From Elusimicrobiota bacterium (GTDB lineage Bacteria > Omnitrophota > Gorgyraeia > Zapsychrales > Fredricksoniimonadaceae): a stretch of DNA of 47,071 nucleotides. This document shows, in pieces, positions 18,257 through 28,134 of this stretch. Every line of letters starts with the position of its first letter. The stretch's first letter is position 1. The notes under the pieces were generated by a model, which did not search any database, had not been told where the DNA came from, and saw only the letters and a list, made by a program, of their open reading frames with translations. Made by a program: the position numbers and the translations under genes. Where the stretch lies: assembly GCA_012514595.1 (NCBI GenBank), contig JAAYZZ010000015.1:1-47071 (forward strand), written 5' to 3'.

Positions 18257-19186
18257 TTATTCTTCTTTAAAGAGCCAGGTAGAGAGGTATCTTTCCCCCG
18301 TATCAGGAAGAATGACCACGATGAGCTTCCCCTGGTTCTCCGGACGCCTGGCCACCTCCAGGCCAGCCCAGAGGGCCGCCCCGCAGGAGATCCCGGCCAG
18401 GATCCCCTCGGTCCGGGCCAGACGCCGGGCCGTGTCACCCGCATCCGCGTCCCTAACCCGGATGACCTCATCGATCACCGCCTGATTGAGGACCTTGGGG
18501 ATGAACCCGGCCCCGATCCCCTGGATCTTGTGAGGCCCGGGTTGTCCTCCGGACAGAACCGGGGAGGCGTCCGGTTCCACCGCGATCGCCTGGAAAGAAG
18601 GCTTGCGGGACTTGATCACCTCCGCGATCCCCGTGATGGTCCCGCCCGTCCCCACACCCGCGACCACAAAATCGACCTCCCCATCCGTATCCTTCCAGAT
18701 TTCTTCAGCCGTTGTGCGGCGATGGACCTCGGGGTTCGCGGGATTGTTGAACTGCTGGAGAATGACGGCATTCGGCATTGAAGCGGCCAGCTCTTCCGCC
18801 TTCCTGACCGCGCCCTTCATCCCTTCTGTCCCGGGCGTGAGAACAAGTTCTGCGCCAAAGATCTTCAACAGCTGCCGCCGCTCCATGCTCATGGTCTCGG
18901 GCATCGTGAGGATCAGACGATAACCGCGCGAGGCACAGACAAAGGCCAGCGCGATCCCGGTATTGCCGCTGGTCGGCTCGATGATCACAGAGTCCTTCTT
19001 GAGAACCCCGCGTTTCTCGGCGTCCTCGATCATGGCCGCGCCGATGCGGTCCTTGACGCAAAAGAGAGGGTTCTTGGACTCGAGCTTCACGACCACACGG
19101 GCCACACAGCCCTCAGTGATCCGGTTGAGGCGCACCAGCGGTGTGTTCCCGATCGTTTTTGTTATGTCATCGAAAATGCGTGCCAT
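18257..19186 (-). CDS. cysK: Cysteine synthase A (O-acetylserine sulfhydrylase)
   Basis: [22 protein letters not shown]..., ...KDRIG..., ...GTGGTITG... ATG 19186 is preceded by AAGGAGG. Confidence 0.9.
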   Translation of the reverse strand: MARIFDDITKTIGNTPLVRLNRITEGCVARVVVKLESKNPLFCVKDRIGAAMIEDAEKRGVLKKDSVIIEPTSGNTGIALAFVCASRGYRLILTMPETMSMERRQLLKIFGAELVLTPGTEGMKGAVRKAEELAASMPNAVILQQFNNPANPEVHRRTTAEEIWKDTDGEVDFVVAGVGTGGTITGIAEVIKSRKPSFQAIAVEPDASPVLSGGQPGPHKIQGIGAGFIPKVLNQAVIDEVIRVRDADAGDTARRLARTEGILAGISCGAALWAGLEVARRPENQGKLIVVILPDTGERYLSTWLFKEE

Positions 19187-19213
19187 GGGACCTCCTTTAT
19201 CAAACATCCTGTG

Positions 19214-19270
19214 GGGCAGCAGTCAGCAGGCAACCGTCAGCGGGGTCCGAATATCTGCTACCGGCTGCCC
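19214..19270 (-). other. Extended imperfect stem-loop in the metY-cysK spacer
   Basis: Minus-strand arms GGGCAGC-CGG-TAGCAG ... CTGCTG-ACT-GCTGCCC give 7 bp, a 3x3 internal loop, then 5 bp, enclosing about 25 nt. No U-tract follows. Confidence 0.4.
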
Positions 19271-19284
19271 GTCTTCTTCTCTCT

Positions 19285-20619
<1,335 letters not shown>

Positions 20620-20717
20620 TTAATATCACAAGCCGCGCATTCGCTCCATCCCCCGACAGCGGTCAGAACAAGAAAAGACCGGAATATTTTTCTGCTCCAT
20701 GATACCACCTCTTTCGA

Positions 20718-21155
20718 TCAGATCGCATAAACATAATCTGTGTGCCGGGACCTCTGCTCTTCGGCCATCTTCTCTAGATTATATCTGGAAAAGATATCGG
20801 CGATTGCGCGCGTCGCCTCTCCCCAGACATCCCGGGCCTGACAGGTTCCTGCCCTTTTGCAGATCCCGGGGTCGTTCACGCAACCGACCAGGCACATGGG
20901 CCCCTCCACCGCCTCCACAATATCCTTAAGCGTGATCTCGGAAGCAGGGCGCGCCAGGGAGAATCCCCCCCTGGCCCCACGGCTCGCCCGGATGAGCCCT
21001 GCACTCTTGAGGAGTGGAACAAAATGCCCGATATATTTCTCCGAGATCTCCTGACGCCTGGAGATATCCCGCGCCAGGACCGTCGCGCCCTCAACATGCA
21101 GGGCCAGATCGATCATGAAGCGCAAACTGTAACGCACCTTGGTCGTGAGCTTCAT
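20718..21155 (-). CDS. Rrf2 family transcriptional regulator (IscR/CymR-like, Cys-cluster type)
   Basis: MKLTTKVRYSLRFMIDLAL... winged helix (ISEKYIGHFVPLLKSAGLIRASRGARGGFSL) and C-x2-C-x7-C-x5-C cysteines (CLVGCVNDPGICKRAGTC). Confidence 0.85.
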   Translation of the reverse strand: MKLTTKVRYSLRFMIDLALHVEGATVLARDISRRQEISEKYIGHFVPLLKSAGLIRASRGARGGFSLARPASEITLKDIVEAVEGPMCLVGCVNDPGICKRAGTCQARDVWGEATRAIADIFSRYNLEKMAEEQRSRHTDYVYAI

Positions 21156-21337
21156 ATGCCGGCCCCTGCGGTCATGGCCCAGGGATCTTCCTCCCAGGGT
21201 TCATCCAGGATCTCGACCTGAACGATCTTTCCCTTATGAAGAGAGAGGATCACGCGTCCGTCCTGAACCCCGTCCAGGACATCCGCGATCTGGCGGATCA
21301 GATCCCCCGCTCCTGTCTTTTTAGTTCTAGTACTCAT
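21152..21337 (-). CDS. YezD/DUF2292-like small protein
   Basis: MSTRTKKTGAGDLIRQIADVLDGVQDGRVILSLHKGKIVQVE matches the ...G.V.I..H.GKIVQ.E signature. ATGA overlap with the Rrf2 gene. Start set to ATG 21337. Confidence 0.6.
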   Translation of the reverse strand: MSTRTKKTGAGDLIRQIADVLDGVQDGRVILSLHKGKIVQVEILDEPWEEDPWAMTAGAGI

Positions 21338-21372
21338 TTGAAAACAGAGATCCTTTGAATTCACTACATTCA

Positions 21373-21387
21373 CTACTCATTTAGTAG
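21373..21387. promoter_or_regulatory. Short palindrome CTACT-N5-AGTAG at the predicted transcription start of the yezD-rrf2 unit (candidate Rrf2 operator)
   Basis: ctactcatttagtag lies immediately downstream of the -10 element. A flanking direct repeat TTCACTAC occurs twice (about 21359-21377). Confidence 0.3.
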
Positions 21388-21389
21388 AG

Positions 21390-21417
21390 AATATAGCATC
21401 TGTCAGAATTTTGTCAA
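21390..21417 (-). promoter_or_regulatory. Near-consensus sigma70 promoter for yezD-rrf2(-metY-cysK)
   Basis: Minus strand reads TTGACA-N16-TATATT (-35 at 21412-21417, -10 at 21390-21395) in an AT-rich gap. Confidence 0.5.
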
Positions 21418-21435
21418 GGAGCAATTCTCAAGGGC

Positions 21436-21672
21436 TCAAAGGAAAAGGCGTTCTTTTTGAAGGCGGGAAAGGTTCTTGATGACAGCTTCTCGCTTCAAAG
21501 CTGCGGACCGGGAGGGATATTTCTCGTTATGAACCAAGCGACGGACCCCGAAGGCCCTAGTGAATTTGGCCCCTGTGCCTTTCTGATGCTGGGCCAGGCG
21601 ACGCTTCAGATCTGTCGTGATCCCCGTGTAAAGACGACCATCAGGGCACTCGAGGATGTAAACATACCACAT
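21436..21672 (-). CDS. GIY-YIG nuclease family protein (small stand-alone type)
   Basis: MWYVYILECPDGRLYTGITTDLKRRLAQHQKG... Start set to ATG 21672 because the longest ORF overlaps the tRNA. Confidence 0.8.
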   Translation of the reverse strand: MWYVYILECPDGRLYTGITTDLKRRLAQHQKGTGAKFTRAFGVRRLVHNEKYPSRSAALKREAVIKNLSRLQKERLFL

Positions 21673-21703
21673 CAACACGCCTCTTTCACATCCACGAAGA
21701 AAC

Positions 21704-21774
21704 CTGCCCGGCATGGATTCGAACCATGTCCCACGCCTCCAAAGGGCGGTGTGCTACCATTACACCACCGGGCA
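21704..21774 (-). tRNA. tRNA-Gln: tRNA-Gln (anticodon UUG)
   Basis: Hand-folded. Acceptor TGCCCGG/CCGGGCA (U1-A72) with G73 discriminator, D-stem GTGT/GCAC, anticodon arm CCGCC-CTTTGGA-GGCGT, T-arm CATGG-TTCGAAT-CCATG. No encoded CCA. Confidence 0.85.
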
Positions 21775-21784
21775 ATAAAATACG

Positions 21785-22510
21785 CTATTCTGTCTCGAGA
21801 TCAATCGCAGACACTTGCGGCGGCTCGTAAACAACGCCTTTCAACTCTATCCGCGCACCCCGATCAAGCGGCGGCATCCTGAACTGACTACCATCGGAGA
21901 AATTGACGACAACATCCAAGGCCTCATCGCGCCCGATCGCCCCCTCCATAAGGATCGCTTTATCATCTGTTACAAAGACCCGGCCATATTGAAAAGAGAA
22001 ACCCCAAGCCGGAAGCCTTATGGATTTCCCGTCATAAACAACATTGATCATTTGGAAAGGTCCCTGCTTATCCGAACGAACAAAAAAGTTGCCCTTCAAG
22101 AAAAGATCCCTCTTCTTCTCTACCCGCCTGTCAAATTCTGCCTTTTCGCGATTTCGAGAGGGACAACGCATTTTTTCCTGAAGCGTCCGGCATCCCGGCC
22201 CTCCAATCTGATACTCGGGGCAGTCTTTTTCCTTCTTTTCAGGATGAAAAGAACAGATCTGCGCACCATTGATGTCAAAGAGCCTTCCAAACGATTGCCT
22301 GGATGTCCTTACGCATGGATGGCCATAAACCTCATACACCACCTCCCCATGATAACGACACTCCTTCACCGTCCCGACCCTCCTCCAGTAGCGGCTCCCT
22401 GGTTTCGCTTCAATACGCTCCCGCAACCATTCAGGCGGACCGCCATAATCCTCGGCATAGGCAAGACCAGACAGCAACAAAAAGAACACAGTAACAACCT
22501 TCCAATGCAT
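21785..22510 (-). CDS. Secreted Cys-rich hypothetical protein (N-terminal domain resembles DUF6970-type PxWL...Y.Y.G..VY modules)
   Basis: Signal peptide MHWKVVTVFFLLLSGLAYA and six Cys in the first 110 mature residues. G+C is about 42-43% in two hand-counted 60-nt lines, against about 60% elsewhere. Start is ATG 22510, 11 nt after the ispE stop. Confidence 0.6.
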   Translation of the reverse strand: MHWKVVTVFFLLLSGLAYAEDYGGPPEWLRERIEAKPGSRYWRRVGTVKECRYHGEVVYEVYGHPCVRTSRQSFGRLFDINGAQICSFHPEKKEKDCPEYQIGGPGCRTLQEKMRCPSRNREKAEFDRRVEKKRDLFLKGNFFVRSDKQGPFQMINVVYDGKSIRLPAWGFSFQYGRVFVTDDKAILMEGAIGRDEALDVVVNFSDGSQFRMPPLDRGARIELKGVVYEPPQVSAIDLETE

Positions 22511-22521
22511 ATCCGTGCCCC

Positions 22522-23391
22522 CTAAAATGTCGCTGCCACAAAAACCTGCCCATACTGCCGACGGAAAAGAACCGCGATGCGCTCCGCATCGGCCTTGGTG
22601 CGCGTCACGGCAAAGACCGTCGGACCGCTCCCAGAAAAGCATACCCCATCGCGCGCAAGCGCGACCATTCTTTTTTTAAGTTTCAGAAGCGCCGGTCGCA
22701 CCTGAAGGATCGCAGGCTCAAGGTCGTTGGAAAGTCCCTGCCGGACGCGGTCCGCATCCCTCCTGACCAATCCGTGGACAACGTTCTTCATCGAGGATAC
22801 ACGCCGGGAGTTCCCGTCTCCCGGACGCAACCCCAGTGCCGCATAAACATCCTTGGTCAGGACCGGCGCCCGCGGCGTCACCAGGACATGCCAGAGCCGC
22901 AGGCGCGAAGCCACAGGCCGGATCCTTTCTCCCCGTCCTGTCCCGACGGCAAAAGGGGCATCATGAAGAAAGAACGCGACATCGCTCCCCAGACGATCGG
23001 CATACGCGATCAGCTTCTCACGCGAGAGCCCCAAGCCCCAAAGACGATTGAATCCCAGAAGAGCGGTCGCGGCATTGCTGGACCCTCCGGCAAGACCGGC
23101 CGCCACCGGGATCCTTTTTTGGATGTGAATTCTCGCCCCCCGGTCCGCCCCTTCCCCTTCCTGAAGAAGACGCGCAGCCTTCAGGACCAGATTCCTCTCG
23201 TCGCAAGGAACACGGCGATCGTCACAGGAGACCCGGACCTCTCCCGCCGGAGCCGGAGAGAACGTCAAGGTATCGAACAAGGAGACCCTCTCAAAGACCG
23301 TCCGGATGGAATGGAACCCGTCCCTCCGGCGAGAAATGACCTCGAGCGCAAGGTTGATCTTGGCGTGGGACAAAAGAGAGAATCCGCGCAT
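22522..23391 (-). CDS. ispE: 4-diphosphocytidyl-2-C-methyl-D-erythritol kinase
   Basis: AKINLALEVISRRRDGFHSI..., ...IPVAAGLAGGSSNAAT... GHMP kinase motifs. Confidence 0.9.
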   Translation of the reverse strand: MRGFSLLSHAKINLALEVISRRRDGFHSIRTVFERVSLFDTLTFSPAPAGEVRVSCDDRRVPCDERNLVLKAARLLQEGEGADRGARIHIQKRIPVAAGLAGGSSNAATALLGFNRLWGLGLSREKLIAYADRLGSDVAFFLHDAPFAVGTGRGERIRPVASRLRLWHVLVTPRAPVLTKDVYAALGLRPGDGNSRRVSSMKNVVHGLVRRDADRVRQGLSNDLEPAILQVRPALLKLKKRMVALARDGVCFSGSGPTVFAVTRTKADAERIAVLFRRQYGQVFVAATF

Positions 23392-23392
23392 C

Positions 23393-24415
23393 TCAGGGTC
23401 CTGTTTCAGCCTGGAGGGCGTGATGGATGTCGAGGTCGTTCAGCTTGGCCCGGACCGCAACCTGGTCCGGATCCTCCTCAAGCGAAAGCCGCCAGTATCT
23501 CCGGGCCATGTCGACATCCCCGAGCTTGAGATAAATGTCCCCGAGATGGTCCTTGATCTCCGGATCCTTAAGCAGGACGTCCGCCCGGCCGATCTCCTTA
23601 AGGGCCTCAATATACTGCCCCTGCTGGTAATAAACCCATCCAAGAGTGTCGATATAGGCGGCCTGATCGGGACGGACCTCGAGGGCGCGGGTCACCAGCG
23701 CCAACGCCTCATCAAGATTCTCCCCGTGCTGGGCATACGTGTAGCTGAGGGAATTGAGGCACCCGTCGTGGAACGGATCGGCGTCGATACACTTCCTGAA
23801 AAGCGCGATCGCATCCTCCCGACGCCCCGCATCCAGGTAATAGGCCGCCACGAAGAACAGACTTTCGGTGTCCCGCCCATCGAGGGCGATGACCCTCTCG
23901 AAATTCTCGACAGCCTTCAGGAGGTTCCCCTGGGCCAGATAAAGCTGCGCCAGGTAGGTGAAGAGTTCGACATTGCGGGGATCCTGGACGACGAGGCGGG
24001 AAAGGACCTCCTCATACTCCCGATTGGCCTTGTCAAAGTCCTTCTGGGCGGAATAGACCAAGGCAAGAAAGAATCGCGACTGGACATCCTCCGGCGCCAG
24101 GGCCGAGGCCCTCTCCAGCTCCACGACGGCCCTGTCATAACGGCCCGCCCTGGCATGCTCCATACCCAGACGCAGACGCGGGGCAAAGGCGGCGGGGTCA
24201 CGACGCGCCGCCTCGCTGTAATGGCGGACAGCAGCCTCCCCGTCGCCGAGGAGATCCGAGCGCACCGCCAGAATGTAGTGGGCCACGCCCTGGGCCGTCC
24301 TCTTCTGTACCGAAGGAACTCCTGCCTCCCAGGCCCAGCCCCTCCAAGAGGCTGAAACCAGGATCAAACAGGCCAGAGGACCGACCAGGATGGTCCCGAT
24401 CTTCCTGTGCCTCAT
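23393..24415 (-). CDS. Tetratricopeptide-repeat protein with N-terminal signal/anchor
   Basis: Hydrophobic N-terminus followed by about 8 TPR-like units (AxxxYxxAxxxxP repeats) through to the C-terminus. Confidence 0.8.
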   Translation of the reverse strand: MRHRKIGTILVGPLACLILVSASWRGWAWEAGVPSVQKRTAQGVAHYILAVRSDLLGDGEAAVRHYSEAARRDPAAFAPRLRLGMEHARAGRYDRAVVELERASALAPEDVQSRFFLALVYSAQKDFDKANREYEEVLSRLVVQDPRNVELFTYLAQLYLAQGNLLKAVENFERVIALDGRDTESLFFVAAYYLDAGRREDAIALFRKCIDADPFHDGCLNSLSYTYAQHGENLDEALALVTRALEVRPDQAAYIDTLGWVYYQQGQYIEALKEIGRADVLLKDPEIKDHLGDIYLKLGDVDMARRYWRLSLEEDPDQVAVRAKLNDLDIHHALQAETGP

Positions 24416-24431
24416 GAGGAGCCTAACGTGA

Positions 24432-24533
24432 TTATCTCTTGTCGCGCTTCTTCAGGTGACGAAGGGCCTTGCGCATCTTCTTGCGCTTGTGTGTCTTGAT
24501 CTTCCTGAGCTTTCTTTTGCGTCCGCAGGGCAT
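24432..24533 (-). CDS. 33-aa highly basic peptide, candidate bS22/mS38 (AURKAIP1/COX24)-like ribosomal protein
   Basis: MPCGRKRKLRKIKTHKRKKMRKALRHLKKRDKR. ATG 24533 has a GAGGAG motif 8 nt upstream and lies 14 nt after the hisG stop. It is too short for the track, where it appears only as the tail of the spurious ORF 24432..24884. Confidence 0.5.
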   Translation of the reverse strand: MPCGRKRKLRKIKTHKRKKMRKALRHLKKRDKR

Positions 24534-24547
24534 AGATGGACTCCTCG

Positions 24548-25426
24548 TTAAACGATCAGCTTGTTCAGTGAATATTCGATGATCCCCTGAGCGCCATGCT
24601 CCTTGAGCGTGGGGATGATGGTCCGAACGATATTCTCCTCGATCACGGTCTCGACCGCCACCCATCCCTCGCGGGCCAGGGGCGCCACCGTCGGATTCTT
24701 GAGCGCGGGAAGGTCTGTGATGATCTTGGAAAGATTCTTCTCCTCGATGTTGAGCTTGAGGCCCACCATGCTGTTGGCCGCCAGCGCCCCCTTCAGGAGC
24801 ATCACGACCTGAGCGATCTTGCGGCGCTTCCAGACATGCTGGGACGCCTGTTTGTTCGCGATGAACTGCGTCGAGGATTCGCACAGGGTCTCGACGATCC
24901 GGAGCTTGTTGGCCCTAAGACTGCTCCCTGTCTCGGTGAGTTCCACGATCGCATCGACGAGCCCCGAGGTCACCTTGGCCTCGGTCGCGCCCCAACTGAA
25001 CTCCACGTCCGCCTTGACCTTGTTCTTGGCGAGATACTTCCTGGTGATCCCCACGACCTCGGTCGCGATCTTCTTGCCCTTGAGGTCCTTGACGGAACGG
25101 ATCCCGCAATCCTCGGGGACCGCAAGCACCCAGCGCACCTTGTTCGAAGTCGCTTTGGAATACTGGAGTTCCGTCACGACATCGATCTTCGAACCGTTCT
25201 CCATGATCCAGTCGGCGCCGGTGATCCCGCAATCCAGTGTCCCGTCCTCGACGTAACGCGACATCTCTTGAGCCCTCAGAAGAACAGGCTTGATCTCCAC
25301 ATCGTCGATATGCGGAAAATAGGACCGGCTTGAGACCACAAGTTTATAGCCCGCCTTTTCGAACAAGGCAACGGTCGCATCCTGCAAACTTCCTTTGGGA
25401 AGCCCCAACTTCAAGATATTAGCCAT
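24548..25426 (-). CDS. hisG: ATP phosphoribosyltransferase (long form with C-terminal regulatory domain)
   Basis: [27 protein letters not shown]..., ...[11 protein letters not shown]..., ...[18 protein letters not shown]... Start set to ATG 25426. Confidence 0.9.
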   Translation of the reverse strand: MANILKLGLPKGSLQDATVALFEKAGYKLVVSSRSYFPHIDDVEIKPVLLRAQEMSRYVEDGTLDCGITGADWIMENGSKIDVVTELQYSKATSNKVRWVLAVPEDCGIRSVKDLKGKKIATEVVGITRKYLAKNKVKADVEFSWGATEAKVTSGLVDAIVELTETGSSLRANKLRIVETLCESSTQFIANKQASQHVWKRRKIAQVVMLLKGALAANSMVGLKLNIEEKNLSKIITDLPALKNPTVAPLAREGWVAVETVIEENIVRTIIPTLKEHGAQGIIEYSLNKLIV

Positions 25427-25537
25427 AAAAAACCCTCTGAAAAGTTGATGAACGGGTTGTATTATATGCAAAGACCGCGAAAAGAAAAGGAAAAAGCCCG
25501 AAGGATTCCTTGACGCCCATCAACAACAGAGAAAGGC

Positions 25538-25566
25538 TTGTCAGTCCCTTCCCGGCCCACTATAAT
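25538..25566 (+). promoter_or_regulatory. Candidate sigma70 promoter for the ppiD-like gene
   Basis: TTGTCA-N17-TATAAT (25538-25543 and 25561-25566). RBS AAGGAG at 25602-25607, ATG at 25613. Confidence 0.5.
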
Positions 25567-25612
25567 GCGCTTCTTGCTGAATCCGTCTTCCAAAAAGAGC
25601 GAAGGAGTTTTT

Positions 25613-27085
25613 ATGATCCGTCTTTTCCGAAACAAAAATGTCCGCCGGAACGTCCTATGGCTCATCTCAGGCCTTATCATCCTGTCGTTCGCCCTCAGCG
25701 CGGGGATCACCGGCTATAACAACTCCGCGTCGGGACCGAGCGTGGCGGGGCGCGCCTTTGGCCGCAAGGTCAGCATGAAAGAGTTCCGCAAAAACGCCCT
25801 CGCCACCCGCGATCAGATCATCCTCATGTACGGCGAGAACGCGCGCCGGATCCTGCCTTACATGGACCTCAACGGTGAAACGTGGAAGAATTTCCTCCTC
25901 CTCAAGGAGGCGGACCGCCTGAAGATCGTGGCCAGCGACGCCGAGGTCATTTCCGCGATCCAGAGCATCCCGGCCTTCCAGAAACGCGGCATGTTTGACC
26001 AGGCCACATACGAGCGGACGCTCAAGATCCTTTTCGGCCGGGAACCGCATTCCTTTGAAGAAGGGATCCGTAATCAGATCAGGGTCCTCAAACTCATCAC
26101 GAACCGCACCTCCGGGATCCGTCTCTCCGAAGAAAAGATCCGGCAGGAATACGAAAAACGCCACCAGAAGGTACGCGTTCACTATAGCCTCATCCCCAAC
26201 AGCCGCTTCACCGAACCGGGCACGCCCACGGATCAGGAAATCGCCTCCTACTACGAAGCCCACAAACAGGATTTTCTCACCCCTGATGCGGTCAAGGCGG
26301 GTTACCTCCTCTTCCCCCTCAAAGAGGACGCAGAGAAAGAGGCCATCGACAAAGCGCTGGCCCAGGCCAGCGAGCTCCGTCAAAAGATCCAGTCAGGGGC
26401 CGACATGACCGCGATCGCCAAGGAGAATGCCCTCGCCTACCGGGAGACCGGGTTCTTCAGTATGGAGGAACCTGCCCTCGAGCTCGCCTGGCCGCTCGAA
26501 CTCCTGCGCGCGGTGTTCTACGCCAAGAAAGGAGATGTCCTGGAGCCGGCCAAGACCCCCCAGGGCATCCAGCTCCTGAAGATCATCGATGTGCGCCCGG
26601 CCTATATCCCGGAACTGACGGCCGTCAAGGACAAGGTCCAGGGCCGGATGGCCGAAAACAAGGCCGCGGAATTGGCAAAAGCCAAAGCGAACGAGACCTT
26701 GAGCGCCGTCAAAAAGGCGATGGGAGAAGGCCAGACATTTGAACAGGCCCTCAAAGCCCTCGGGGAGACCGTGGGCACGACCCCCTTCTTCTCCGTCGGA
26801 GACTACATTCCCGAGATCGGGATCTCGGATGACTTCCAGAACGCAGCCATCGCCCTGCGCCCCGAATCGCCCTTGAGCGACGTGATCATGACCGCCAAGG
26901 GCGCGGCGATGCTCCATGCCGCGGACCGTGAGCCGATCGATGAAAAGAAGTTCGAGGCCGACAAAGAGGCCTTCACCAAGGGACTGTACGAAGAGGAGCG
27001 GGGCCGCATCCTGGGAGAACTTCTCCAGGAGATCCGCGTCCGTTCAGGCCTGGAGGACTATCTGACAGGACAGCCGGGCAACTAA
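25613..27085 (+). CDS. PpiD/SurA-like periplasmic chaperone / peptidyl-prolyl isomerase, membrane-anchored
   Basis: MIRLFRNKNVRRNVLWLISGLIILSFA anchor, a SurA_N-like region and a parvulin-like segment (...GDVLEPAKTPQGIQLLKIIDVRP...). Start set to ATG 25613 with a good RBS. Confidence 0.75.
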   Translation: MIRLFRNKNVRRNVLWLISGLIILSFALSAGITGYNNSASGPSVAGRAFGRKVSMKEFRKNALATRDQIILMYGENARRILPYMDLNGETWKNFLLLKEADRLKIVASDAEVISAIQSIPAFQKRGMFDQATYERTLKILFGREPHSFEEGIRNQIRVLKLITNRTSGIRLSEEKIRQEYEKRHQKVRVHYSLIPNSRFTEPGTPTDQEIASYYEAHKQDFLTPDAVKAGYLLFPLKEDAEKEAIDKALAQASELRQKIQSGADMTAIAKENALAYRETGFFSMEEPALELAWPLELLRAVFYAKKGDVLEPAKTPQGIQLLKIIDVRPAYIPELTAVKDKVQGRMAENKAAELAKAKANETLSAVKKAMGEGQTFEQALKALGETVGTTPFFSVGDYIPEIGISDDFQNAAIALRPESPLSDVIMTAKGAAMLHAADREPIDEKKFEADKEAFTKGLYEEERGRILGELLQEIRVRSGLEDYLTGQPGN

Positions 27086-27417
27086 CCCAACCGGCGCTTC
27101 AGCGGCCTCGTAACAGAAGAAAGCCAATCCAGATAGGCAGGACTCCCCTTTTCAAGGGGGAGCGCGATGATCTCGGGAACACGATAACTGTGCACCCGCC
27201 GGATTTCTTTCTCAAGGGGTCGAAAAAGTTCCCGACGTGTCTTGATCACAAGGAGCGCCTCGCGGCCTTCGCACACCTTTCCCTCCCAACGATAAATGGA
27301 ACGCACCCCGCTCAAGATATTGCAGCAGGCGGCCAGCTTCTTCTCGACGATCAGGCGAGAGATCCTTTTCGCCTCACGCACATCCTTTGCCGTGACCAGA
27401 ACAACGAGATAGGTCAT
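27082..27417 (-). CDS. cutA: Divalent-cation tolerance protein CutA
   Basis: MTYLVVLVTAKDVREAKRISRLIVEKKLAACCNILSGVRSIYRWEGKV...HSYRVPEIIALP is the CutA1 fold signature. Confidence 0.85.
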   Translation of the reverse strand: MTYLVVLVTAKDVREAKRISRLIVEKKLAACCNILSGVRSIYRWEGKVCEGREALLVIKTRRELFRPLEKEIRRVHSYRVPEIIALPLEKGSPAYLDWLSSVTRPLKRRLG

Positions 27418-28133
27418 ACGCCCCTCATCATGATGACGCTGATCATCCGGCCGGACCGCTCACCGTCCCGGCGGAAAGAATGGAAATTTCTGTCCGAAAA
27501 GGTGTCCTGTCCGAGATCCATGATCCTCTCAGGCCTCAACCCTTCCGCGAGAAGCTGGCGACGGTTGGCCGAGGCGATATCGAAGAAGAGACCCGCGGGG
27601 GTCTTTGAGACATCCTCCGGAAAATAAGCACGGAACTCGGGGCCAACGGAATAACTCTCCCGACGGATACACGGGCCGATCACCGCCCGGAGGTCCGCCG
27701 GAAGGACCCGGAACTCTCTTCCCATATCCGCGACGGTCTTTCGCACGATCTGAAGACGCGTGCTCTTCCATCCCGCATGGACCGCGGCGACGACCCGACG
27801 AGATGGATCGAAAAGAAGGACGGGGACACAATCCGCTGTCCTGACCGCGATCGGAAGACCCGCGATATCCGTCACCACCGCATCCGCCTCAAGAACCCCC
27901 CGTTCCCGCCCATCCTCCAGGCCAGCCCGCCAGATCCTGTCCCCATGGACCTGCCGGGGGAAGACCAGACGGTCCGGCGAGAGAATTCCGGCACCCCGCA
28001 GCCACTCCGATTGAGGGGGTGTCAAGGCAAAAGGCCCTTCACTCCTCTGGCCTTTGTGAAAATCGATACGGGAATCACTGGTGAACGCGATGAGATCGGG
28101 TCCGAGGAAAGGGGCGTGGTCGACCAGCGCCAT
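27414..28133 (-). CDS. pgeF: YfiH/PgeF family (DUF152, laccase-domain) protein
   Basis: ...FPRQVHGDRIW..., ...DAVVTD..., ...RTADCVPVLL..., ...AVHAGWKS..., ...SDRNFHSFRRDG... Start is ATG 28133, one nt after the rmuC stop. Confidence 0.85.
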   Translation of the reverse strand: MALVDHAPFLGPDLIAFTSDSRIDFHKGQRSEGPFALTPPQSEWLRGAGILSPDRLVFPRQVHGDRIWRAGLEDGRERGVLEADAVVTDIAGLPIAVRTADCVPVLLFDPSRRVVAAVHAGWKSTRLQIVRKTVADMGREFRVLPADLRAVIGPCIRRESYSVGPEFRAYFPEDVSKTPAGLFFDIASANRRQLLAEGLRPERIMDLGQDTFSDRNFHSFRRDGERSGRMISVIMMRGV

Positions 28134-28134
28134 C

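Noticed and set aside
21436-22510. tRNA-Gln-associated genomic island.
   Set aside because: There is no integrase and no duplicated tRNA 3' segment. The flanking genes are tightly packed with housekeeping genes, and only the composition of one gene is aberrant.
24432-24884. 150-aa minus-strand ORF overlapping the 3' part of hisG.
   Set aside because: Upstream of the hisG stop it runs out of frame through the real hisG coding sequence and looks like junk (Gly/Arg/Asp-rich). Only its last 33 codons, which have their own SD and ATG, are plausible coding sequence.
27082-27085. Convergent ppiD-like and cutA genes whose stop codons overlap (CTAA), and rlmN with the small secreted gene 1 nt apart at 44521-44523, neither pair having a terminator.
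   Set aside because: This is real in the sequence but is a common consequence of compact genomes. There is no further structure to interpret.
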